Below are positions 49,479 to 62,000 of a DNA stretch of 64,000 bases, one piece after another (within the stretch, counting starts at the first letter, position 1; every line of letters begins with the position of its first letter). The position numbers and the translations under genes were made by a program. Below the pieces are notes generated by a model that was not told the DNA's origin, did not search any database, and worked only from the letters and a program-made list of their open reading frames with translations. This DNA is from Neovahlkampfia damariscottae (Eukaryota). The stretch is taken from NCBI GenBank assembly GCA_016618085.1, contig JABLTG010000024.1:1-64000 (forward strand). The letters run 5' to 3'.

Positions 49479-50957
49479 TCATTTTGTCCATTTTTTCTTA
49501 TTCTTTTTTCCTTGTTTAATTGTTTTGAAGTCTTCAATTTCTTCATTTTTACGTTTTTTGGTAGGTTGTTTTATTTTTTTCGACAAATCAATAAAACATG
49601 AAAAACATGAAAAATCAGATAAACTGAGAAACCAAGGGAAGACATTATTTTCACAATCAAAAATTACTTGACTCATCACATTGTAAAAGTGTCTTAAATT
49701 CTCACAATCATTGTATCTTACACCTAAAACATATTTTTCAACAGGCGGTATGTAATTCTGGTCAAAAAGCTCTTGATCACTGTAAAAGTACTTTAAGGAT
49801 ATTTCATACCCAAAAACTTCAATTGGACAATCAAAGACCTCTTCAAAATCAACACATTGAATCAAAATGATACTTTCTAACTTAATTGAGTATCGTTTAA
49901 GTGTTGGATGGAAATCTTTTTGGTAATTCAATTGTTCCAAATACATAAAATAATCCCTCTGAAATTGACCATTGTTCTCTTCATCAAATATTTGATTTGA
50001 TATTCACGTGATGGATTTTGACGAAATTTACATCCTAAGAAACAGAGATTCTTCACACCAACATTGAACAATTCCACTACCTCATCTTTTATTAGAATTT
50101 TATTTGAAATGATGATTGTCTCGATAGTGGCATTGGGTCTTTGCTTCGATTTAATATTCTTTCAAATGTTCTGTATATTTAATAAACAAGGTGTGAATGA
50201 GCCATGAACATCAACAAATATGATTGTGGTGAATTTTGATCTGGATATCAGTTTGATTATTGAATCTGAATCAAGTTCATTTCTTAGTTGAATAATCATT
50301 GTTTTGATATTTTTGAAACTATCAAACAATTTTATTGGCATCAAACTATTTCCAATGGTCCAGTATTTGTTCACCATCTTCAAAAATTCTTTTGAAGTTT
50401 CTCTTAAATTTTTGAAATTGTCAGATGTTTGAGGGATGTAATCAAATAGAATCTCTAATAAACTTGCAAAGGTCCATTGAATTCTCCTTTTTTAATGAGA
50501 AAAATACTTTCATTTTTGAAACAGAATTTTTGAGTTTTGTTTTAATTGACTTTGTGGCATTGTGTTCATTTTCTTCATCAAATTTATATTTTTCTAAAAT
50601 ATTGCGATACTTTATTGATCTTTCTTTTGCCGAAGAATCATATATTGATGTCAATTCTGTATATTCAATGTATTCTTTTTCCAGTAAATTCAAATATTCA
50701 TTCACTTCTTTGATATTCAAATTTCCATGTTTTTTGAAAGATTTTTCGATTAAAACTTCGTAGTCTTCGATTTTTTTGATTTTCTTTTTTGTTTTTTTTT
50801 TGAATTTTTCTTCTGCTTTTTTCATTTTTTCAAGTTGTTCTTTTAACTCCTGAATTTCTTCCATTCGTAAATTATGATCTGAATAATATTTTTCTTGTTT
50901 ACTTTGCAATGTCTGATAAGTTACCCTTCTTTGTTTTTGAAATTGATAAATGTGCAA
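49479..50957 (-). pseudogene. Disrupted coiled-coil / F-box-like gene
   Basis: Three ORF pieces linked by frameshifts (about 50450 and 49980) and an in-frame TGA at 50162-50164, with protein-like sequence continuing across the breaks. Confidence 0.5.
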
Positions 50958-51008
50958 TGTGTTGAAAAAAAAAAAAAAAAAATGATTGGAGAAAATTTAT
51001 CATAAAAA

Positions 51009-51530
51009 TTAATCAAAGAAATCTGTTTGACGTTTAAAAAAATCATCATCAAAATTTCCTGCATACCCATTTTCTCTATGTAAATTATTTCTCCAATCAT
51101 TTCCGTATCTATTTGCAACCCAATCTGGTTGTTTTCTTGTAAATCCACGGTTTTTATTAATTGATTCAAAATCATCATTGTGAAATTTTCCATTTTGATA
51201 ATATCCATCATCTCCTTTGTAATATTTTCCATTATCAAAATATTGACCTTCTTCTTTCTTATCTGTTTGTTTGATTTGTTTTCCATCATCAACAATTTCT
51301 TGTTTATTATTTTTTACTCCATCTTTTCCAGATGATGATGAACTTTCATTTGTTTCAATGGTTGTTCCTCCTTTAGTTGTTTTTGAAGTTGATTTTGTTG
51401 TGGATGAAGTTGAAGTTGATGATTTTCCACCTGTTCCATCTTCAGTATTTGAAGATGATGAACTTTCAGTTGTTTGAGCCAATGCAACAATGACACAAAA
51501 TAATAAAATTGTTAATATTTTTGTTTTCAT
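51009..51530 (-). CDS. Secreted Ser/Thr-rich low-complexity protein
   Basis: Signal peptide MKTKILTILLFCVIVALA, S/T tract, Y/D/G/N-rich tail. Confidence 0.7.
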   Translation of the reverse strand: MKTKILTILLFCVIVALAQTTESSSSSNTEDGTGGKSSTSTSSTTKSTSKTTKGGTTIETNESSSSSGKDGVKNNKQEIVDDGKQIKQTDKKEEGQYFDNGKYYKGDDGYYQNGKFHNDDFESINKNRGFTRKQPDWVANRYGNDWRNNLHRENGYAGNFDDDFFKRQTDFFD

Positions 51531-51800
51531 GAATTTGACAATAAATGAAAGCTAAAATTCAATTTCAAATATATAGAATTCAAAAACACTTAATTTGGTG
51601 AAGTTTGAGTTCACCTAATAAAGTGATTGATCACATGGTGCTAGAAAAATGAGAAAGTGTTTCCATTGGAGCATTCTTGGGATTTGTAGGAAAAATACAA
51701 ATCAATTCTTTTTTTAATTATTTATATTTTCCGGAATTTAAAATTTACCCGATTTCTATTTGGATATTTGACCAATCATTTCGTTCAAATTTTTAAAACA

Positions 51801-52760
51801 ATGAAGGCAACATTAGGCTTAATCGTTTTATTTTGTTTCATCGTGTATATTAAAAGTGAATGCGTTCACGTTTCAGATGATATTAAACGCAATGGCAGAG
51901 AATTAACACGTCCTTGGAAAACACCTATACGAGTAAGAAAAAAAAAAAAAACTGAACCTAATGAACAAAGCTTCCAGATGACCAACACCGAAGATTAGTT
52001 GATCTTTGTGGATTTGATTTTGAATCCAAAGTTTGTTGCAATACAACTCAAATTGATAAATTAGAAAGTAATTTTGGTAGAATAGCTATTGTTATGTTTC
52101 GATGTCCTGCTTGTGTTTGGGCAATTAAAAGAATGTTTTGTGATTCAACATGTTCTGTTGACCAAAGTGATTATGTAAAAATCAGTGGTTTTCTTGATAA
52201 ACCTGAAGAAAAAGAATTTGTTAAAAATTTTACATTAACTATTGGAGAAGAGGGAAGAAGAAGAATTTGGGAAGATTCTTGTATTGATAATATTGTTGGT
52301 GCAACTTCACTTCGAAATCAATACGCAACTGCAAAAGATTTCTTTATCGGAGTTTTTTTAATGGAAAGAAGTGAACCACAAATTATATTTGATCTACCGG
52401 ACAAAGAAGAAGGTTATGTAGGACCAAGATTTATGTGTCAAGTAAATAAAAAAAAAATTAATTTCTTCTTCAAAAAAAAAGGAAACTTGTAGATGTTCGA
52501 CATGTGGAGCTGCTTGTGGTAATGTAACACAACTTTCACCAAATTTTGATTGTGAAATTTATGGTATTAAATGTCCTTACATGGCTGGTGGAGCTATTAT
52601 TATTGTTTTTGTTTCATTCATTGTTGCTGTTGCTTTTATTGTTGTTCAAACAACAGTTCTCACTGTTAAAACAAAATTAGAAAAAAATATTAATAATACA
52701 GAAGATAAATTAGAAATTTTAGGTGAAGAAGAAGAAGAGGCTGATTTGATTCAAAAATAA
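51801..52760 (+). CDS. Stand-alone NPC1 N-terminal (sterol-binding) domain protein with single TM helix
   Basis: Signal peptide; VCCNTTQIDKL, RCPACV, FCDSTCSVDQS, CRCSTCGAAC; TM helix; acidic tail EEEEEADLIQK; introns 51933-51970 and 52442-52481. Confidence 0.75.
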
Positions 52761-52887
52761 AAAATTCCGCTTTTTCCATTAACCAATAAAAATGATTTGT
52801 TTTATCATCCAATCATAACCAAACCCAACTCCAAATTTTTCTTCGCAACTTGAAGATCTTCAAACTGTAAATTATTGTACAAAACAA

Positions 52888-53493
52888 ATGCAAAAATCAA
52901 AACTTCATACAACATTAACAGAGAAAGTTGATTGGATTCATAAAATTCATCCTTTCTCTTGTCCAAAAAATTTTTCGAAATCTAAAAAACACGTTTATAC
53001 AGCAGTGACTCAAAATACCATTTTACTTAGCTTTATATCACAAACAATTGTTAATATAATAGGATCTCCTTCTGCTTGCTGCTCAGATTTCGAACCAATT
53101 TACGACGAAGTTTTAAGATTACAAAATAGAATACTTTCTGACCCTCATTCACTTATAATTGCTGTAATATATTTTAAGAGATTTTCTGAACATAACAAAA
53201 TTTATTTTTCTCAACTTACAAATATTTTTTCAGCTTCATTAATGTTGGCAATGAAAATGAACGAAGATAAATTTTATACAAACAAAACGTTTTATACCAG
53301 ATTTCAAATTGAAGACATATCATTAAAACAATTCAATGAAATTGAAAAAAATATCCTAACTCAATTAGATTATAGATTAAATGTAAATTATGAAGAAATG
53401 AAACATTTTGTTGATTTTTATGGAGAAAAGTTATCAAATGAAATTCAAAACACAATTAAATTGAAAAGTCAAAGAAATAAAAAAAATGTTTAG
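52888..53493 (+). CDS. Cyclin (PHO80/P/U-type)
   Basis: LIIAVIYFKR, ASLMLAMKMNEDKFYTN, FNEIEKNILTQLDYRL cyclin box. Confidence 0.8.
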   Translation: MQKSKLHTTLTEKVDWIHKIHPFSCPKNFSKSKKHVYTAVTQNTILLSFISQTIVNIIGSPSACCSDFEPIYDEVLRLQNRILSDPHSLIIAVIYFKRFSEHNKIYFSQLTNIFSASLMLAMKMNEDKFYTNKTFYTRFQIEDISLKQFNEIEKNILTQLDYRLNVNYEEMKHFVDFYGEKLSNEIQNTIKLKSQRNKKNV

Positions 53494-55034
53494 TATCCAT
53501 ATTTTTCATTTAATTTTGTTCTACCATCTCCTTTTTGATCTTGAGGAGCTGTCCATTCAGATTTTGTTTCGTCTGTATTTTGATACCAATTTGGAGCTGA
53601 TTTTATTTTTGAAACAGGTAACTCTTCTTTTTCTTCTTCTTTTGAAGATTCATTATTAGAAACTTGTGGTTCCATTTCATCTTGATGCAAATAGTTTTCT
53701 TGATCTTCTTCAAGGGTTGAAGGGGAAAAATCATCATCTTCTTCAATCTCTGGTTGTTTTTCTTGTCCTACAATGATACTTGGATTATTTTCTAATTTGG
53801 ATGGAAGTTGTTCATTGAAAACTAATCCAACAGGAGCAGATACGATTTTTTGAGGAACTTTGAATTCTTTTGGTTGTTTTATTTCGTAACTAGGAGTATC
53901 TTTTAGAGTATTTTTAGTTGTTGAACTCGGGACAAAATTGATTTCTTGGACATCCACTTTTTTAGGTTTTGATTGATGACTGATATTAGGATTGGTTGGT
54001 TTATTCGATTTCTTTTTGATAAACATATTTTGAGTAATCACATCCATTTTTTCTTCTTCCTTATTTTGTTCTTTTGTTTTTAATGTTGCAATTGCAGGCT
54101 TTGAAATATCAATTAATTTATCCAATCGATCTCTTTCTTCTAGCAAACTAGACAAAGATTCATCAATATTATCTGTATCTTCAGTCACTATTTTCTTTTC
54201 CATTTCTCTCATATAAGCATCTAAAGGATCATCCTCTTCTTCATTCGCTTGATTTTTTGATTGTTTTAATGTTGATCTGTCATTGATTTCTTTCTTTCTT
54301 TTTTCAAGCTCCAAAATTTCAAGATGAATTTTTTCTCTTTGTTTTGATAAAGTATGTTGTGTTTCTACTCTTTCTTTAACTTTTTTAATTTTTGGTTTTT
54401 TTGTTCTATCAAAAAATTCATCATCTTCATCAAACATTGAATACGGATTGACTTCATCTTCAATTCTTAATCTTTTTTTATTTCTTAATTCTTCTTCATC
54501 TTCTTCATCAAATACATCTTTTTCTTCTTCATCTTCTTCTGATTCATTTTCATTTTCATCATCTTTTGAAAATAAATTTTTTTTTTCTGCAACATGTTTC
54601 TTTACCACTTCCTCCAATGCTTTATTTTGAATTTTTCTTTGTTGTTCTGATAATAATAATGCTTTTTGATCATCTGATGATACTACGTATTGTCTTGTTG
54701 ATTCACCAAATTTTAACAAGTCTCCACATCTCAGAGGTATATAATGAAATGATTTGATTTCTTCTTTATTCCAAAATGTGTGATGTGTTGAACCTAAATC
54801 ATATATATATATTCTACCATTATTTCTATGTTGTATTATTGCATGTTGTCTTGAAATACTTGGATGTTCAAAAACGAAATTATTTGTACAAAGTTCTTCA
54901 TTTCTTCCAATAACAACGAATTGTTCATTCTCTGGAAACTTTATAGTATCAATAATAGTTCCATTTTTTAAAACTTCCAAGTAGTATTTTATTGTTGGTT
55001 TTGATGACCATGCAGGTGTTTCATAACGTTTCAT
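53490..55034 (-). CDS. SLC4A1AP: Kanadaptin-like FHA domain protein
   Basis: YETPAWS, LEVLKNG, FHA motifs GR...HPSISRQHA...DLGSTHHT, FGESTR, DPLDAYM, C-terminal QKGDGRTKLNEKYGY. Confidence 0.88.
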   Translation of the reverse strand: MKRYETPAWSSKPTIKYYLEVLKNGTIIDTIKFPENEQFVVIGRNEELCTNNFVFEHPSISRQHAIIQHRNNGRIYIYDLGSTHHTFWNKEEIKSFHYIPLRCGDLLKFGESTRQYVVSSDDQKALLLSEQQRKIQNKALEEVVKKHVAEKKNLFSKDDENENESEEDEEEKDVFDEEDEEELRNKKRLRIEDEVNPYSMFDEDDEFFDRTKKPKIKKVKERVETQHTLSKQREKIHLEILELEKRKKEINDRSTLKQSKNQANEEEDDPLDAYMREMEKKIVTEDTDNIDESLSSLLEERDRLDKLIDISKPAIATLKTKEQNKEEEKMDVITQNMFIKKKSNKPTNPNISHQSKPKKVDVQEINFVPSSTTKNTLKDTPSYEIKQPKEFKVPQKIVSAPVGLVFNEQLPSKLENNPSIIVGQEKQPEIEEDDDFSPSTLEEDQENYLHQDEMEPQVSNNESSKEEEKEELPVSKIKSAPNWYQNTDETKSEWTAPQDQKGDGRTKLNEKYGY

Positions 55035-55085
55035 TTTGGTTGAATGAAGATTAGGTTTGATTGGATAAATTTTAATGTGCTTTTT

Positions 55086-56315
55086 TTACAAAAAATTTTT
55101 ATGTTTTACATCTTCAGATGGAATCCAAAAAGCTAAATTTTGACATGATGAAGCCATCATTAAATATTTTGGATTAAATTTTAAACAGTGAACTGGACCA
55201 GCATGTCCACTTAGAACTGTAATTTTATTGCCAGTGAATATTTCCCAAATATGAATTTTACCATCTTCAGATCCTATCATTATGTACTCTTCATCTGGTG
55301 TATAACAAGCTTCAAGTGATAAAGCACTTTCATTTGAAAAATCTGTTATCTCTAATATTTTTTTTTCCAATTGCATTGCGTCTAATATGATAATACTGTT
55401 GGTTGTTGTTACACAAATTGTATTTCCTCTTGGTCCAAACTATTAAAAACAGAATTTAACATTTAACTTTTTCCAACTTACTTTTAGACCTGTGTATTCA
55501 ACTGCTGTTTGAGAATCCAATACACATGAATCAAAAGCACCCTTTAAAGAAAAATATAAACTTTTTTTGTTCTTACTTGATCAACATTTCTTACATCATA
55601 TAATTTTAAAAGATTAACACTTGTTGCAACAGCCAATACTTTACCAAATGTACCTATTTGACCATAAGATCTTTAAAATTAATATATAAAAATGAGAGTT
55701 ACTTTCCTTGAACTTTCACAGAAGCATGACTGTAATTTGTCTTTAAATCCCATAATCGAATCTAATACAAAGGATAAATGATTTTTTTTAGATTTAACTG
55801 TATTATCTACTGAAGAACTTACAAATGTATCATCTGATGGTGACATTGAAATTGAAGTCACTCTTCCTCTGTGTCCGGAAAAATACTGAAGAAATTTATT
55901 ATCATAAAAAGAATAATATCTAATTGAATCTTTGAAGAGAATTAAAATTTGAAAATAAAATTAAAATACCATCAAAATCATTTTTTGAAGCACAAAGTAC
56001 TTCAGATTCACTATGAGTAAAACAGATTTTATCACAACCATATTTCTTTGAATAAGTTTTTTTTTGTAATCTTTGGAGTTTAATTTAATTAATTTTTGAA
56101 TTTTACCTTCCTTCATTGACATCATATAATTGCATTGTTTCGTCATCTCCTGATGTTGCCAAGAAATTTCCATCATCAGAAAATGAAATTGAATTTATTT
56201 CTTTTTTCTAGTTTTTTTGAATCAGTTTTTGTTTTAATGTTACATTTTCTTTAAAAACTCTACCCATTTGTAGAGTTGGAAATATATTTTTATTCAGTTT
56301 TTGTCCTTGAATCAT
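55086..56315 (-). CDS. WDR82: WD40 protein WDR82/Swd2
   Basis: SKKYGC, IRYYSFYDNKFLQYFSGH, MSPSDDTF, GSEDGKIHIW, KFNPKYLMMAS, LAFWIP; 7 introns. Confidence 0.88.
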
Positions 56316-56459
56316 TGTTGTGTGAACGAAAAAATGAAAGTAATTTAATTGGCTAATGGAACAAATGGAAAATATTAAACAAAAAATGACCAAAATATAG
56401 AATTCAAAATTGTTTTTTTTTTTTCAAAAAAAAAGATCAAAAATCATTGGTCAATTAAA

Positions 56460-58651
56460 ATGAGTGAAAAAAGAGAAAAAATAATCATTGAAGGAAGTTC
56501 AAATGGACCTGAATCACCTGTAGTCAGTGAAGATATGAGTGTACCATTTGACAGTTTAAAAATAACATATGATCCAAATTCAAAAAACAAAACAAAACAA
56601 CAAAGAGAATTTCAAGAATTACAAAGATTACTACGTCAAGAAACTGAATCACCTTTTGATAAAAAAAGATCATCATTCAATTCAAAACAAACATCAAGTT
56701 CAAAACAACCTGTTGATATTGATTTTTTAAATGTTGCTTCTGTACCAAGGACAGAAAGTACAGAAATTATCTCTTCACGTAAAGTTGTTAAAAAAGATGA
56801 CCTTGAATCATTTATGTCAGAATGGGAAGAATTATCAGAATTATTTGATTATAAAGAATTTGAAGTATTAACAACTTTGGAAAAGAGTTTTGAAAAAATT
56901 TCAGAAAGAACTTTTTCAATTACCAAAAAATGGATGGATATTAGTGATTTAAATCGTTTAGAAATTATACATGAATGTATTGAAAATATAGAATCAAATT
57001 CAAAATCAAATTATTTTGATTCTTTGAAAACCTTATTGTACATTTCACTTGGTTGTTTTAATGAAATTGGAACGGATTCAAAAAAAATTCAAATTTATCA
57101 AATGAAAGAAAATTTTAAATTATTATCAAAGAGTAATGTATTTGATTTAATCTCTGAGAATTCTTTGTTTTTTATCCATCAAGTTTTAAAGTAAGAAAAA
57201 TTATTTTTTTACACATTCATTTTTAAGGTCAAAAAATAATGTCAGAGAACCAGAAGTGATTAAGTTAAAGTTAAATATACTCTTTATATATTTGTACAAT
57301 GCCAAAGAAATTTTACAAAATGAAGAAGATTTAAAGGAAATGAAAATTAATTTACTTTTAAAAGAAACTCCGTTTATATCTTCACTTTTTGATATCATAC
57401 TACAAGTTACATCTAACAAAAATGTACAACTTTTACCATTAAAAAAAGTAAGAAAATCACAAAATTCAAATTTAACATTTTAAAAAGATTTTAATGGTTT
57501 TGATGGAATGTTTAAATGTAGTTTTTGGTCATCCGACAAAAGAACCTTCATTTTTAAAAGTTAAAGAATTACCTAAATTTGAAAAACGATCTGATTATAA
57601 ATTAAAAACCAATGATATTTCAAAATCATTTAACTGTTTTGATTATGATAAAAAGAATCATAAATTATTATCAACATTAGAAAGAGAGAAAATACTTCAA
57701 AAATCAAAAACTAAATTGAATTTATCAGAAAAATTAAAAAATGAATCCAAAAAAGAAATTGATCCAAAAAAACATGAAGAGATATTATACAAAATGTTGT
57801 ATCCAAATTTACCAAAAATCATACTTAGTTTATGTAAAACTATATTTTCATCATTACCAGATTCAAATTATAAAGGTCCAATTTCATATGAAGATCATGT
57901 TGATTTAACCAATGAATTTGATTTAAACAGACATAAACAAATCATTTTGAATACAATTTCCGAAATTATTTTAAATTTGAATTATCACTTCAAAATGAAC
58001 AATTTACATCAAAGTTGTTATTTCAATTTTTTATTTTTTGATGTCAATGGAATCATTATTCTTTTGAAATATTTTTCACAAGATTTAGATGATTTATTAC
58101 TCAATACAAAACATAATGATTCTAGAATTTCAATTTTAAATTCAAAAATAGTGAAAGATGATAATACTCCTTTAACAAGAATTTCAACAATTTTAATTAA
58201 TTTCATGAAAATATTAAGAAACTTAACAAAAAATCATCCAATTAGAATTAATCTATTAATCAATGAAAATGCGACCAAAATTTTAAAAAAATGTTTGAAA
58301 TTTGATATTCCAAAATTAAGATATTATACTTTAAAATTGATTAAACAATGTATTCCTTCTTGTACATACAAATGGAGAAAAGGAAATATGAATGTAATAT
58401 CAATGATTTATGAATACCTTCCACCTGATTTATTTGAGAATTTTTTAGTTTATCATAAAATTTCAAAGAAAGATATGACTATAATTGATAATCAATTTCA
58501 AGATTTAATTGAAGATTTTAATAATAAGAATTATGAAAAAATGGAAATTGAAGATGATGATTTGAAAGAACAATTTAAAATATACAACAAAATTGTATTG
58601 GATGATTTATTTTGTAAGAATTATGAAATTTGGTTAAATCAAATTATTTAA
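56460..58651 (+). CDS. STRIPAK subunit STRIP/FAR11
   Basis: ELSELFDY, LLYISLG, DLNRHKQII...HFKMNNLHQ, LRYYTLKLIK, WRKGNMNVISMIY; 2 introns. Confidence 0.8.
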
Positions 58652-58721
58652 AATAAAATACATTATTTGTTTTGTTTTTGTAGATTTAACTTTCCATTTG
58701 GAGTTTTTTTGACGAATCAAA

Positions 58722-58994
58722 ATGTCTTCAATTTTTTTAAGAAAGTTGACGAAAGTCACACTCAAACAAAACTTATTAACACAACAAAAGAATCAATTTT
58801 CAATCAATTTTATAAATTTAAATAATAAAAATACATTTACCTCAAAAGATTTAGAAGATGGAAGAACTGAATATTCTTTACACAGAGATTTTCCAGAACC
58901 AACTTATGAATATGAAGATGATCAAGATAATGAATTTTGGTGGAATTTAGCAGAACAATTACAAATGAAAAATGAATTTGAAGGAAAAAAATAA
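58722..58994 (+). CDS. Small hypothetical protein with mitochondrial-presequence-like N-terminus
   Basis: 90-aa ORF with basic/hydroxylated N-terminus and acidic C-terminal half. Confidence 0.5.
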   Translation: MSSIFLRKLTKVTLKQNLLTQQKNQFSINFINLNNKNTFTSKDLEDGRTEYSLHRDFPEPTYEYEDDQDNEFWWNLAEQLQMKNEFEGKK

Positions 58995-59026
58995 AAAAAT
59001 TTTGAAACAAAAAATTGATAAAAAAT

Positions 59027-62000
59027 TTATTCATCAATTTGATCAATTTTCTTTGCAACTTCAATTAATTGTTTGAATTTTTCAGGATTTCCCATTAATT
59101 TTCGAATCAATACTAATTGATCTTTCATTGAACAAGACACATTATTCATTGAAATTGGTTCTGGATCACCATCTTTTGAAATCCTAATTTCTCCTTTCCA
59201 ATCATCAGGTAATTCAATTAATTGATATAATTCACATACATTTGAATAAAAATTACAAATTTTCTTTTCATTCTTGAGAGATGAAAAAATTTCAAATGAC
59301 TCCAACAATCTCTTTTGATTGAACAATTTCAATCCATTTTGAAATTTTTCATTATCAAATTTTTGATTTTGATTGACAACTTCAAATAACTTTTTAGCTT
59401 TATTTTGACCTTTAAGATAAAAAGAACCTAATAAATTGCATTTAATTTCAGATTTGATTTCTTCATATATTTCTTGAGTAATGATCATATCAACTCCAAA
59501 TGATTTAGTTAATGACTCCATTCTTGAAGCTGTATTAACTGTTTTTGAAATTACAGTTGCATCTAAACGTTCTTCAAAACCTAATGTTCCCAACATCACA
59601 TTTCCAAAAGACAAACCAACACCAATACATATTGGAATCTCTTTGTTTTTATTCAAAATTTTCAATTCTTGTAACATTTGAATACCTGCTTTCACACCAT
59701 CCAATGGACATCTTGGAAATATTGCCATTACACAATCACCAATAAATTTATCTACAAAACCATGATTTGATGAAATACATGGAGCTAATTTACTCAAAAT
59801 TTCATTAACAAATTGAAAAGATTCTTTTGCATTCATTTTATCTGTTATTGATGTAAAGTTACGAATATCAGAAAACATAACTGTCATTTTCTTTTCAACT
59901 GATTCAGAAGGTTGAATATTTCTAACATCTTTTTTTGATAATTGATTTAAGAATTCTGATGGTAAGAATCTTGCATAGGCATTATTGATTGTTTTTACAT
60001 CTTCAAATAATGTGATGTTTTCAATAGCAATAGCAACTTGTGATAAAATATGTTGAAAAATGAATTTTCTACTTTTGTTGAATGTTCCTTCCATTGAATT
60101 ATTTTCTAAATAAAGTACACCTGATATTTTATTTCCTTTGATAATTGGAGCACAAAGGATTGATTTAACTTTGTTTTGTTGAATATATTTATCTTCTGGT
60201 AATTGATTTAATGCATTTTTCATGATGATGATATCATGTTGATTCAAACATTGATTGAAAATTCGAGTACACAAAATGTTTGAATTGTCAGTTATTTCAA
60301 CATTAATATTCAATTTCTCTTTTGAGAATTCAGATTTAATAATGAATTTGTTCTTTTCTTTCAATATAATGAATCCTTTTTCTGCACCTGCATTCTGTGC
60401 AATAATTTGATTCAATTGAGTCAATAAACGATCTTTATCTAATCCTTCTGAAATTGTTTCAGATGATTTGAGAACTGTTTGAAGATCAATAGAAACACCA
60501 CCTGAAGAAGTTGTTCCCATAGTTGTTGTTGTTTGTCCTCCTGTTGATGATATCGTATTTGTATCAATTGAACTTGAAGAAGTATTTTCCATTGAATAAT
60601 TTGTAGGATTTAAATGTCTATACTTACAAACTACTTCCATTGCTTTGTATTTCTTGTATGCTTCATTCTCAAGAAAATTACCATATTCTTGAAATTCTAT
60701 TGTTCGATGACAAAATTCAGCAAAATATTCATAACACAAAGCCAAAATAAAATCAAATTTTTCAGATGATTTTATAGCTTTTTGAAAAGCTATAAATGTA
60801 GCCATATTGTCTTCATTCAAAATGCTTTGATAAATTGCCTCTGAAAAATGAAGTCTAGGTTCAAAATATTCAGCATTGATTTCATTGTGGACTTTAAAAA
60901 AATCAATATATTTTTTGATTTCATCAAGATATTGTTTTGGTGAAGGAAGTGAGTAATAAGTCAATATTGTATAAATAAGACCTTCATAATGTTGAAATGT
61001 TCCAACAGATTCAATTTTGTATTCATTTTGATATTTTTCAATTGCTTCTTTTGCTGAATCAAAATCTCTTAATAAATACAGGCAACATATTTTTACACAT
61101 TGATTTAAAGCTCTAACAAATGGAATATTTTCAAGCCCAGGTAAAACAAACTTTGGTTGGTATGAATTTATTCTACCTATCATTATCTCACATTTTGTTC
61201 GAAACATTTCAACCATGTCACCAGCAACAACAAATCCTGTGCTGTTGATGATATAAACAGATGACTCAACTTCATGAAGCGCTCTTTTATAATTACAACC
61301 ATTTCCAAGTTTTATATCTGTTGAAACTACTTTACACATTGATCCGTATTGATACTCACCAATACTCAATGCATATGTGTATCCAGATTCAGCTATTTTA
61401 ATCGCTTTTTCTAATGATCCGGAGAATATACCATTGAAAATTATATAACATGTTAAATAGAGGTTCAATTGTGGATCTTTGATTGTATCAATCAAATCAG
61501 CTGTAAAAATAGCTAGTTTTCGAAGTCCTGGACTTTCATAATATGCTTGACACATCCAAGCAGCAGAACTACAAAGTGGAGCAGCGAATTTATTATATCC
61601 TTCTTTAATGCAAAGATCAACACCCAGTAACCAAATAGTAAGAGCTGTTTCATATTGACATGTTCTAGAAAATTGTCCAACTGCTTGAAAAATAAATCCC
61701 ATAAATTTAGTGATTTCTTCATTTGATTGCTCAGGAATTGCATCAAGAAATTCTTGTGCTGAATTTTTGTTCAATAAAAACTTAGAAATTTCTTCATGAA
61801 GATTCTTTGCCCATTTTCCTAATGATATAGAATCTAAAGTTGCAATATGTTTTGAGAAATCAAACTCTGCTAATATTTGATATGTCAATTCAATACCTCT
61901 TTTAAAGTTTGAAGTTATATTTATCAAGATAATATATGAAGTTGCAACTTCAAGTTTTTCTAAATTTGTTATACTGTTTACAAGCAATTCTTCAAAAATT

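Noticed and set aside
50162..50164. In-frame TGA (also at 405-407) as selenocysteine or a reassigned codon
   Set aside because: Conserved genes end at TAA, TAG and TGA and use TGG for Trp; no SECIS or redox context
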